64,000 bases of DNA from Opitutales bacterium. Lineage in GTDB: Bacteria > Verrucomicrobiota > Verrucomicrobiia > Opitutales > UBA2987. The notes beneath the pieces are model-generated. The model had not been told where the DNA came from, ran no database searches, and saw only the letters and a list, made by a program, of their open reading frames with translations. Of this stretch, positions 47,901 through 56,322 are shown one piece after another (positions within the stretch are counted from its first letter, which is position 1; the number at the start of each line of letters is the position of its first letter). The position numbers were made by a program, and so were the translations under genes. The stretch is taken from positions 361,168-425,167 of the forward strand of contig CBDDEL010000010.1 in assembly GCA_965226885.1 (NCBI GenBank). The letters run 5' to 3'.

Positions 47901-48131
47901 AAAGAGGATCGGCTGAATCTGACACCTGATGCTCTCGACGTCTATGTCGATGATTTCACCCGGCTCGACCTGACCGTCAAATATCGATTTCGCAATCATT
48001 TCACCTTTTTCTTCGAAGCCACGAACCTGAACGACGAGCCGTTGCGGCGCTATCGGGGCAATACCAGCCGGCTCCATTCGATTCAGTTTACGGATACGAT
48101 TTTTTCAGTTGGAGCAAAATGGAATCTTTAA
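44907..48131 (+). CDS. TonB-dependent outer-membrane receptor with an N-terminal carboxypeptidase-regulatory-like domain
   Basis: 1074-aa ORF. Signal-like N-terminus, ..GSFVIRNLKPGDYTLKATYIGY.. (CarboxypepD_reg-like), plug region ..AAEALQRLPGISL..GKFIIIRG.., and a beta-barrel-like C-terminus ending ..FSVGAKWNL. Confidence 0.8.
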   Translation: MSAPNNPALTIPPHQPMFNKQILRQCIFSLLVVIFCFSTTSTRSAEIKGSTLNSADGLFLEGVRISIEGTGIVIFSERGGSFVIRNLKPGDYTLKATYIGYPVYTQSVNIPNQESSIRITIDYAADDIVELETFKVEGSLVGQAKAINLQRSADNIVNVVSSDAIGQFVDRNAAEALQRLPGISLEESQGEGKFIIIRGADPTLNAVTIDGVNLATPEEDGRSVALNIISTDQLERIELVKSWLPDKSGNVIGGTVNLVTRSALDRGARFASVEGAFTKHTIAAGDSYRFNATYGDILGKKENIGIQISYNQSVDNRGSDTLKADTWNTQTRADLVSFPDGFYLEGLQFEDLTIRRERTGIGGKLEYQLGENHEFFVTASFNQFDDDEVLQETRVNMSNAPTSYTKPRNLTEEFALELGLDLNDPEVIMRLSASSEGNKLSLLTFEEAVQLNTIAWDAETRNYTFIGHLATPTKSWRNTVTNDKILTFQAGGKHQLGQIWRLDYKFYGSDAEKNWTERRVTLEASSTAFEIRLGEDGYFPQIVEDLTTKLTEPERFQLNREEGSAADNTFFSSDQRKGFEVNLEAVYQIGKSPAKTKFGFAADFRDKEFIRNFNRFGSIDTSPIPQLTLADDVFFGGELETGFLSGRPEYDFGPSFDTAAVNAFIDDPGDVTFIQLPNDVTFNVTDAILKNYQAVEDISAAFLMQTLEVRGFKIIAGFRYEKTKNTFTINEILTRPEELPFFVSPAFWNRLPLEAFSQLTTSQRSYTHFLPAFHVIKNFSENTKVKASITKTIGRPKFTDLVPREIVSIAGARFGNDVQLPNFNLQAREATNIDFSFERYFERLGQFTVSGFHKKLKNSIYTESRIVDAGTGVAPELAAKYDSLGEDVTEWRTTQMVNAGDGELFGVEVAFERKFNFLPSPFDGFGLSFNTAFIESKVKLLLEERFEEEVPLFKQSSSMGNLSVFFEKYGLLVRLALVWRGQYLQGVRAGEQDIDNLTKEDRLNLTPDALDVYVDDFTRLDLTVKYRFRNHFTFFFEATNLNDEPLRRYRGNTSRLHSIQFTDTIFSVGAKWNL

Positions 48132-48218
48132 TCAAAAAAAATATAGCAATTTATTCCAAATCTTTCTAATATTCATATTCATTAACAAATAACCAGGAAT
48201 AGAAACGGGGAATTACCA

Positions 48219-51092
48219 ATGACAAAAAACATACCAATACCAAAAAACCCTGTGTGGAGGTTAATATTCACATTAATCTCCTGCGCCTTTCTGTTCGGCC
48301 TATCGGCCAACGCGGCAGATGTATTAGTGTTTCAGGAAAGTTTCGAGACGGACGGGTTGGACTCACGCTATACGGTGGAGAACGGCAGCGATGACGGCTC
48401 AGGGGACTTCTTCGCCCGCAGACAGGAGGGCTCAGCCGGGACCGAGCCGTCTGGAGGGACGATCGATGGCTCGTTCTTCTGGGCCGGGCAGGATATCGAC
48501 GCAGATGGCGCGATTGTAAATGACCTGGAAAAGGATGAGGGCCGGATCACCTTTAACGCCTTCGACATTTTGGGAGTCGGACGACTGAAGATCACTATAG
48601 CCGCAGGCCAGGGCGGGGACTTTGTCGAGTTCGACAATGTCATGCTCATTCAGGTCAAATTCGACGATGGCGACTGGGCGACGATCGGCGGATTTCGCGG
48701 AACGTTTACGAACTCGCCCGGGCGATACTTTGAGGGTGGAGACAACACCCTGCCGGATCACAATGTGGAACCCAGGCTCACGAAGACCTTTGTGGACTTT
48801 TCGTGGGAGATTCCCGGCAGCGGCGACACCATGCAGGTCCGCATCAAGATGAATCTGAATGGAGGCACCGAAGAATACGCTTTCGACAACTTCCGTGTTA
48901 CGGGGGACGATGCGGTCGAGTTGTTCTCACTCGCCCTCGACAGTACAACGATATCTGAGGAAGCAGGTGCGGGCGCGGCCACACTGACCGTGACTCTCGA
49001 AAATCCAGCACCGGCCGGCGGCGCGACTCTTGCCGTGAGCACCGTCTCCCCACTCGCCGTAGGCGGCCCGGATACGGAGATATCCGTTCCCGAGACGGTG
49101 GAGATTGCAAGCGGAGCGACAGCGGGTACGATTTCGGTCGATGCGGTCGCGGATGGGCGTTTCGACGGCGACGTCGAAATTCGGATTTTTGTGGAAGGCG
49201 AAGGCTACAATCGCGACTTTATCACGATTACGGTGACGAATATAGATTCGCACCCATCGCTCCTCATCAATGAATTCCTCGCACAGCCGGCAGGAAGCAT
49301 TCCCGAGGACCTCTCCGGTGATGCGAATGGCGACGGGTCGAGGAATTCGGCCGAGGACGAGTTCCTTGAGATTATCAATACGAACGGCGACGGGAGCTCG
49401 ATCGATCTCTCGGGCTGGACAATCACCGACAATATCGGGCCGCGGCATACATTCCCGCCAGGAACAGTTTTAGATGACGGGCGCGCCCTGGTCATCTTCG
49501 GTGGCGGGAACCCGACGGGTATCTTCGGCGGGGCACAAGTCTTGACGGCGTCGCAGGGCAATCTCGGGTTCTCGAATAACGGTGACACCTTTACCATCGT
49601 GGCCGGCGGGGCTGTGGTTACGGCAATTACCTACGAGGGTGATATCGGAGGATCCCAAGAGGCAGGGGTTCGCGACCCCGATATCACCGGGGATATCGTC
49701 CTCCATTCGCTGGCCACGGGCTCCGGGGGCGCGTTATTCTCGCCTGGTACTCGGTTGGACGGCTCGCCGTTTGGGTTATTCACCAATACGATCACGCTCG
49801 CACTGAGCCCGGACTCCGTTTCCGAGATCGCGGGTGACGCGGCGGTGACGGGAACAATCACGCTGGAAAACGCGGCTCCGGCCGGCGGTTTGGTGATTAA
49901 TATTGAGTCGGCGGGCGCTCCCGATCGGATCGATTTTTCCGGAGCCGGAGTAGAGATTTCGGAGATTATTATTGACGAGTTGCTGGGAATAACCGTTCGT
50001 ATTGTCAGTCTGACCATTGCCGCAGGGTCCACCCAGGGGACGTTCGATATCGATGTTTTCGATAACGAGGTCCTGAGTGGTGACCGCGAGTGGCGAATCA
50101 TAGCTAAAGAAAGAAACACCCTCCCGGGAATCGCCCCTCTCACGGTAACCGAGGCGATTTCGAGTCCCTTCTACGTCGTTGTCAACGAATTGTTGTCGGG
50201 TCCCAACGGAACCGGCCTCGATCCGAATGGTAACGGAATCGCCGAGGAGGGCCTCGAGGACCAGTTCATCGAGATTGTGAATGCGAGCGGATTCGACGTC
50301 GATGTATCGGGCTGGATTGTCCGTATCATCGCCATTGGTTCGAATGGGATTCCCAGCAGTTTCAACGTCCACAAATTCGCGAACGGGACCGTTCTCGCGG
50401 ACGAGGGCTCTTTTGTAATATTCGGCGGAGGGGACGAGGTTGCGATGAACGATCCGATGAATGACACCTACGGAGGTGCGGTTGTGTTTGTTGCCAACGA
50501 AGGGGAAAACGGCGTGAATCTTCCGACCCAAAAGGATGCGGTGATACTGCTACTGAATGAGCACGGGTTTATTTTGGACAGCGTCATGTACCTTATTCAG
50601 GACGCAGACCAGTCGCAGTCCTTGACGCGTAGCCCGGATATAACCGGCAACTTCCCCAACCTGCACTTCGACGTCTCTTCTGCCTTCCTGCTATTCTCAC
50701 CCGGCGCCACAACCGGCGGCGCGCCTTTTGCGGGCAACGGGGTGGTGGATTTGGATGTGTTCAGCGGTGTGGATATCCCAGGATTTCCGGGATGGAAGAC
50801 CTCCCCCTGGTATAAGAACTACAACGTGGATTTCCCGCCTTGGATTTATCACGATGAGCACGGTTGGCAGTTTGTCGATTCAGGCGCTACTGCGGCTGTC
50901 ACATTCTTATTTGATCTCGGTTTGAACAATTGGGTATTTGTAAATGAGGGCGCTTATCGGTGGATTTTCCTTTATGGGCCCGACGAAGGCTGGATCTTTA
51001 CATTCAGCGACAACACACCCGGAAGTCGTTTCTTCCAGAGACTTGACGATGGCAGTTTGTTCAGCGTTCCAGCGGGACTGCCAATTAATTAA
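48219..51092 (+). CDS. Secreted multidomain protein with Calx-beta-like segments and two lamin-tail-domain (LTD)-like modules
   Basis: 957-aa ORF with a signal peptide (..FLFGLSANA). LTD-like blocks LLINEFLAQP..EDEFLEIINT..IDLSGWTITD and VVVNELLSGP..EDQFIEIVNASG..VSGWIV. Calx-beta-like ..ISEEAGAGAATLTVTLENPAPAGG... Confidence 0.65.
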   Translation: MTKNIPIPKNPVWRLIFTLISCAFLFGLSANAADVLVFQESFETDGLDSRYTVENGSDDGSGDFFARRQEGSAGTEPSGGTIDGSFFWAGQDIDADGAIVNDLEKDEGRITFNAFDILGVGRLKITIAAGQGGDFVEFDNVMLIQVKFDDGDWATIGGFRGTFTNSPGRYFEGGDNTLPDHNVEPRLTKTFVDFSWEIPGSGDTMQVRIKMNLNGGTEEYAFDNFRVTGDDAVELFSLALDSTTISEEAGAGAATLTVTLENPAPAGGATLAVSTVSPLAVGGPDTEISVPETVEIASGATAGTISVDAVADGRFDGDVEIRIFVEGEGYNRDFITITVTNIDSHPSLLINEFLAQPAGSIPEDLSGDANGDGSRNSAEDEFLEIINTNGDGSSIDLSGWTITDNIGPRHTFPPGTVLDDGRALVIFGGGNPTGIFGGAQVLTASQGNLGFSNNGDTFTIVAGGAVVTAITYEGDIGGSQEAGVRDPDITGDIVLHSLATGSGGALFSPGTRLDGSPFGLFTNTITLALSPDSVSEIAGDAAVTGTITLENAAPAGGLVINIESAGAPDRIDFSGAGVEISEIIIDELLGITVRIVSLTIAAGSTQGTFDIDVFDNEVLSGDREWRIIAKERNTLPGIAPLTVTEAISSPFYVVVNELLSGPNGTGLDPNGNGIAEEGLEDQFIEIVNASGFDVDVSGWIVRIIAIGSNGIPSSFNVHKFANGTVLADEGSFVIFGGGDEVAMNDPMNDTYGGAVVFVANEGENGVNLPTQKDAVILLLNEHGFILDSVMYLIQDADQSQSLTRSPDITGNFPNLHFDVSSAFLLFSPGATTGGAPFAGNGVVDLDVFSGVDIPGFPGWKTSPWYKNYNVDFPPWIYHDEHGWQFVDSGATAAVTFLFDLGLNNWVFVNEGAYRWIFLYGPDEGWIFTFSDNTPGSRFFQRLDDGSLFSVPAGLPIN

Positions 51093-51128
51093 TAAATCGA
51101 TTAGGTAATTATGGTATGCGCCAATAGT

Positions 51129-51165
51129 GGCGGGCACGCATTTGCGTGCCCGCCATTAATTTTTT
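51129..51165 (+). terminator. Rho-independent terminator
   Basis: GGCGGGCACGCA-tt-TGCGTGCCCGCC inverted repeat followed by ATTAATTTTTT, 37 nt downstream of the 957-aa ORF stop. Confidence 0.8.
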
Positions 51166-51171
51166 AGACCA

Positions 51172-52790
51172 TGATGAAACTAAAGTTCAATTTGTTAGCA
51201 ACTACACTGCTGATTCTCATTTCCCATTCGGCATTTGGGCAGAGAGATATCACGGAATTTTCGAGTTATACCAAATCGCAAAAGGATTGATAAAGATTAA
51301 AAACCAGCTATAAAGGCGGAATGAGAAGATATATGGGAACCGATGAAGACCGTGAACGTATCAAGAAATTGCTCAACAAAGAGGCTGTCGGCTGGCGTAA
51401 AGAGCGTTTGGTGGCATTAAAAATGGGCTTCCAGCCGCACCACAGCATTGATGAAATTGGAGCCATCGTGGGCCGAGGCAAAGCGACGATCCAGCGTTGG
51501 TTTGACAAATATCGTGCTGCAGGGCTCGGGGCGGTGCTTACACGCGCCTACAAAGGCGGGATCAAAAGCCGTTGCGACAAAGAGGTGGAGGCCTTCTTGC
51601 TCAATGGTTTGAAGGTCGCGCGCTGGAACACAGCCGTTCAGGCGGGGCAAGAGCTGGAGCGACATTTCGGGCGCTCCTTCGCCTACAAGACGGTGTGGCG
51701 ATGGCTAAAAAAATGCGCCGGGGTGCTTCGAGTCCCTCGCCCCGTGCATGAGAAACGGGACTCGGCAAAAGCGGAAGCGTTCAAGCGAGACTTTTTTAAG
51801 ATCCTCCAGGAGCTTTCCCTCACCCGAGGCAATCGGGTTCGGGTGTGGTTTGCCGATGAAAGCCGTTTTGGTTTGCTTCCGGTGTACCGCCGGTGCTGGA
51901 CGCAAAGAGGGCTTCGGCCGCACAAAAAATATCAGACAAGATACCAGTGGAGCTACTGTTACGGAGCCCTCGACGTGGTCAACGGCGAGATGGTATGCAT
52001 CCAAACCCCTAGCACGAATCTACAGTGGACGGAGGCTTTCCTCCAACAGATCAAAAAGCAATATCCTGAGGAGGAACATGTGGTTGTATGGGACGGGGCA
52101 GGCTTCCATCCGCACGACTCGGAGCACCCCAACGTCCCCCCGGGCATACATATCGTGAATTTGCCGCCGTATAGTCCTGAACTCAACCCGATTGAAAGAC
52201 TTTGGGATATGATACAGGATCAAACGGCCAACAAACTGTGGCCGAGCATTGAGCGACTCGAAGAAGTCGTCGCAACCCATCTCAAAGACTGGTGGGAGGA
52301 CACTGAAAAAGTCCTCTCTTTAGTTGGCGGAGGCTGGCAGCACATTCAAGCAAACGCTTCTGCCAAATAACTTATTATCATACCTAATGAGATTTGGTAT
52401 TACTGGAAACACAAGGTTTCTTTATTCCGAAGTCTGCCCAATCCGAAAGGCGAAATCTGTTTTCTCGGAGACAGCATCACCGATGGCTGTGAATGGCGTG
52501 AATTGACTGGATTAGAGCAGGTAACCAATCGTGGAATCTCCAGCGATACTGCCTGGGCCGTTATGAAACGAATCGAGGAGGTTACCGAGGGTAAACCAGC
52601 AAAAGTTTTTCTAATGATTGGCACCAACGACCTAGACCGGGAAAAATCCGTCACTGAAGTCCGAGATAAAATAGGGGAAATCCTCGAATTTATTCAGAAA
52701 AAGAGTCCTCAAACTAAGGTTTATCTTCAGAGTGTGCTGCCGGTTTGGGATGGTACCTGGGGTATTCGAATGAACATTCATAATCGTTGA
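51172..52790 (+). pseudogene. SGNH/GDSL-family hydrolase remnant, interrupted by an IS630-family element and lacking its C-terminal catalytic block
   Basis: A signal-peptide ORF (MMKLKFNLLATTLLILISHSAFG..) at 51172-51288. The catalytic part resumes near 52390 (..YWKHKVSLFRSLPNPKGEICFLGDSITDG..TNDL..) and stops at 52790 without a D-x-x-H block. Confidence 0.5.
51321..52370 (+). CDS. IS630-family transposase (element ends roughly 51287-52392, not resolved)
   Basis: 349-aa ORF. N-terminal HTH, ..VWFADESRFGL.., ..VVWDGAGFH.. and ..LPPYSPELNPIERLWDMIQ.. are DDE_3/IS630-type motifs. Confidence 0.85.
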   Translation: MRRYMGTDEDRERIKKLLNKEAVGWRKERLVALKMGFQPHHSIDEIGAIVGRGKATIQRWFDKYRAAGLGAVLTRAYKGGIKSRCDKEVEAFLLNGLKVARWNTAVQAGQELERHFGRSFAYKTVWRWLKKCAGVLRVPRPVHEKRDSAKAEAFKRDFFKILQELSLTRGNRVRVWFADESRFGLLPVYRRCWTQRGLRPHKKYQTRYQWSYCYGALDVVNGEMVCIQTPSTNLQWTEAFLQQIKKQYPEEEHVVVWDGAGFHPHDSEHPNVPPGIHIVNLPPYSPELNPIERLWDMIQDQTANKLWPSIERLEEVVATHLKDWWEDTEKVLSLVGGGWQHIQANASAK

Positions 52791-53091
52791 AATTACAGGC
52801 TTCTGGAGCTTTCGAGTTCACATCTATTTTAGAAGCCAATTCAAAGTGGATCGCTCCCATCGAGGCATGGACTGATCCCATCTCGGCAAAGCCCACCTTC
52901 ATATCAGTCGACATTGTTGTCTGTTCTTCCCGAAAATCTTGTTGGTCACTGCGGAGTTCTTTAACTTCTGTAACAACATTCTGGATGTTCGCATTTTGAG
53001 AATTGTACATAAAACCGACCAGAGTGCCCACCAACGTTGTAATGCCACCTACAAGTATCCATGAAATGTAAAAACCCATATTTACAGTCAT
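52714..53091 (-). CDS. Small membrane-anchored protein (one N-terminal TM segment, coiled-coil-like tail)
   Basis: 125-aa ORF. GFYISWILVGGITTLVGTLVGFMY is a TM helix. The first ATG lies inside the tandem-repeat array; a second in-frame ATG 4 codons later is outside it. Confidence 0.5.
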   Translation of the reverse strand: MTVNMGFYISWILVGGITTLVGTLVGFMYNSQNANIQNVVTEVKELRSDQQDFREEQTTMSTDMKVGFAEMGSVHASMGAIHFELASKIDVNSKAPEACNFNDYECSFEYPRYHPKPAAHSEDKP

Positions 53092-53298
53092 TGTCAGTTC
53101 CTTACAGTCATTGTCAGTTCCGGTAGTTCCTTACAGTCATTGTCAGTTCCGGTAGTTCCTTACAGTCATTGTCAGTTCCGGTAGTTCCTTACAGTCATTG
53201 TCAGTTCCGGTAGTTCCTTACAGTCATTGTCAGTTCCGGTAGTTCCTTACAGTCATTGTCAGTTCCGGTAGTTCCTTACAGTCATTGTCAGTTCCGGT
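53082..53298 (-). repeat. 29-bp perfect tandem repeat: 6 full units plus truncated units at both ends
   Basis: Unit TTACAGTCATTGTCAGTTCCGGTAGTTCC starts at 53102, 53131, 53160, 53189, 53218 and 53247. A 20-bp partial unit is at 53082 and a 23-bp partial at 53276. No spacers. Confidence 0.95.
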
Positions 53299-53403
53299 TT
53301 CTTCGTTCCTCCACTCATAATTATAATATTCTTTAATATTCTAGTTGTCAATTTATTAGTAAGTCTGATAGGGCATATGTTCCAGCTTCATAGGGGGGTT
53401 TCC

Positions 53404-54114
53404 TCAATCAATGACTGGTATGCCTTCGCTCATGGTGGCAGCATCGTCGTTGGCTACAGGAACATCGTTGACCGGCGCAATCGCGATGGTGACCGTAGCC
53501 GCTCTCACATCGGTGCCGTCGGTCACACAGTAAACAAAGAAGTCTGCGGTGGTTTCGCCGCCATTGTGGGTGTAGGTGAATTCACCGTTGGCGAGAATAT
53601 CTACGGTGCCGTTGTCGGTTGCGTTGACTCCGGTGTTGACAACCGAAAGCGGTGAATTATCGGGCTCATCGGTATCGTTGGCCAGCACACTGGTGGCCCC
53701 GCCATCCAATACAGAGGTGCTGCCGCCCTCTAAGGTCGCGGCGCTGTCCGGATTGGCCACCGGCGGCGAGTCGCTCACCGGATTGATCGTGATATCTAAC
53801 CTCCCGTTGCGGACGGCCTCCCCATCGCTGACGGCGTAATCGAAAAAGTCCGAGGTTGTCTCGCTGCCGTCATGGGTATAGGTAAAAAAGCCGCCTGCGG
53901 CCAAGGTTAAGGTGCCGTTGTCGGTTGTAATGTTAATCGTCGCGGTCAGCACATCGCCCGGCAGATCGGCGTCTGTGTCATTAGCCAGGACATTGACCGT
54001 ATTGATAGTGCCGCCCTCGTCCATGGTGGCTGCATCGTCGTTGGCTACAGGAACAACTAATTCGGAGGAATCCGAGAAAAGTAGAGTCCACAGAGTGGGA
54101 ATGAGTTTTTCCAA
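53404..54114 (-). CDS. Cadherin-like/VCBS-type tandem-repeat adhesin fragment
   Basis: 236-aa ORF with ~2.5 repeats of ..VANDDAATM.EG..I.VLANDTD....L......T.NGT.......F.YTH.G.ETT.DFF.Y.V.DG... Short for this class, so probably a remnant. Confidence 0.55.
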   Translation of the reverse strand: MEKLIPTLWTLLFSDSSELVVPVANDDAATMDEGGTINTVNVLANDTDADLPGDVLTATINITTDNGTLTLAAGGFFTYTHDGSETTSDFFDYAVSDGEAVRNGRLDITINPVSDSPPVANPDSAATLEGGSTSVLDGGATSVLANDTDEPDNSPLSVVNTGVNATDNGTVDILANGEFTYTHNGGETTADFFVYCVTDGTDVRAATVTIAIAPVNDVPVANDDAATMSEGIPVID

Positions 54115-54497
54115 AATTATAGAATGGCTTTGGATTATATAGTTTTCGGTTTTGCAGAATGATGAAATCCTAACATCCGGGTATAAGATTTCAGAAAATA
54201 TTGTTAAATAGCTTCATGCCCCTCCGAATATTTCGGTTGGTAACTTTCTGTATGTTGGTAGCTTGTCAGGGTGTTGGTAGCTTGTCAGGGGTTTGTAAAC
54301 TATTTTTTTACTTTATTTTTATTAAATTCTATGGCAAATGCAAATTACGTTCTAATGCCACCGCCACCGCAAAAAACCACTTTTTTGCATTGCCAAAAAG
54401 CCAAAAAGGACTGTGGGTTGTTTTACGTTATTTGTCCATCTGCCCCGGGAATATATTGAGCCCTAATCTCATTATTGCAAATGTTGCAGGGAGATGT

Positions 54498-55462
54498 ATG
54501 TTTTTAACAATTAATAATAGATATACCATCGTGAGCTATTTTGCAAGAATCCCAGTCATTTATTTTGGATTGATCGTTTTAACCGCTTCTGCAGGTCTCT
54601 ACGGCCAGACGGCGGACTTGTTTTTTTCCGAATATGTGGAAGGAAGCGGGAGCAATCAAGCGCTCAAAATCTACAACGGCACAGGGACGCCGGTGAACCT
54701 CCTGCCCTACGAAGTGGTGCTCCTCTCCTCCAGCGGAACCGAGTTTGCCACATTTGCCCTCAATAACACCGGAACCAGCCTTGGGGACGGCGAGGTCATC
54801 GTCATCGCCAATGCCAATGCCGACTTCGCTCTCTTTCGGTTCTCCGACGCCTCTTCCAATATTACATTCTTTAACGGCAGCAATCCAGTGGGCCTGAAAA
54901 AGACGGCGTCCTCATTGATCTGATAGGCCTCATCGGGGCAGACCCAGGCCCTTGGGGTAGGGGTGATGCGACCACCAGGGACCACACCCTGCGCCGGCGG
55001 CTGGAGAGCGTGACTTCAGGCGATCCCGATGGTTTTGACGAGCCATTGGACCATTCCGCCGAATGGGCCGGTTTCGAACAGGATGATTTTGACGGCGTGG
55101 GAGCCCATCCCGGCCTCAATGCCGGTGGCGGCGGTGGGGGCGGCGAAGACCTCATGGCCGAAATTTTTGAAATACAGGGTAGCGGAACAATCAGCGTTTT
55201 CGACGACCAAATCGTTACGACGGAAAACAATGTCGTCACCGGTGTCGTTTCCAACGGCTTTTTCATGCAGACCCCGGCCGAGCGGGACGACAACAACCCG
55301 GCCACCTCGAACGGCATATTCTTATTTACCGGCGGTGCCCCCTCCGTTGCCGTGGGCGACCTCGTAAATGTCACCGGTATTGTGCAGGAGTTTTTCGATA
55401 TGACCGAATTCAGCGGTTCATTCCCCTTTAGAATAAAAATTTTGATCGGCATCGGCATTTGA
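54498..55462 (+). pseudogene. ExeM/NucH-like extracellular nuclease, N-terminal part only, frameshifted
   Basis: LTD-like start ..DLFFSEYVEGSGSNQALKIYNGTGTPVNL... After a frameshift in the AAAAAG run near 54897 it continues as DGVLIDLIGLIGADPGPWG..TLRR.. and ..IFEIQGSG..VTGVV..GFFMQ..VTGIVQEFFDMTEF. No nuclease (EEP) domain follows. Confidence 0.6.
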
Positions 55463-56043
55463 ATAATACGTTTATGCTTCCTGAAAACCCTTTTGTAAAA
55501 TTTCTAGGATAGAGAGGGTTTAACCAATACGCATATCGCCACCAGGGAAATCACTCGACCCCCCCGCCCCCTTCGGCAGTCCTGACATTTTCCTATCAAT
55601 AAACAACCATTCCTATCAACTTTTTGGCCCTTTCTTACCTTTTAATGCCATTCAGTGCTCAAACGGTGTATTTCCTGTAAGCTAGTAAACAAGCGGGATG
55701 CCCGATAGATAAAGGGCTAGAAGCCGGTTTTTGATTGGCCAAGGTTGACGAATTCAAATCCCGTCAGCCACCCCATTTAAGTCATTTAATACCAACCTAG
55801 TATAAAATTTTCTTGCAAAGGTTGTCAGTAGTTGTCAGTAAAATATTATAGAACAGTTCAACTGAACTGACCACGAAAAACACTAACATTCCAGTGAAAG
55901 TATTTTCATCGGTTAAATTTGCCCATCTAATCCAAAAGAACCACAAAAACTACGAATTCTCTGTTGTAGGAATATTGTAGATTTATGAAAAATTGCGTAT
56001 ATCAATAAATCACAATATCTTTGATATACAATGGCATATAAAT

Positions 56044-56134
<91 letters not shown>

Positions 56135-56322
56135 ACTCCATAAATTGGAAGGCTTCGGAAAATGGGGCCGAATGGGTCTCAGGTCAAGCCCGACTCATTG
56201 GCCCAGCGCAAATCAAATTCCGCCAGCTGGGAAAAGCCTGTCAATTCAAGGAGATAGAAGTCAAAAGACAGGAGGCCGAAGTCAGGAGTTGATAGCTTTT
56301 TTCCCGTCCTTACAACTATCCC

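Noticed and set aside
45272-50531. Numerous 90-250-aa antisense ORFs inside the TonB-dependent receptor and the 957-aa LTD protein genes.
   Set aside because: They are embedded in long, motif-supported sense ORFs, as is typical of long open antisense frames.
53082-53298. The 29-bp repeat array as a possible CRISPR array.
   Set aside because: The units are directly abutting with no spacers, and no cas genes or leader are nearby. It is a simple tandem repeat.
55715-55790. A possible tRNA or attachment-site fragment (..gccggTTTTTGAttggc..ggttgacgaattcaaatcccgtcagccacccca..).
   Set aside because: An anticodon-like stem-loop (TTT) can be drawn. However, the T arm would need an 11-nt loop and I could find no complementary 5' acceptor strand. 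At best it is a degenerate pseudo-tRNA and is not supportable as a feature.
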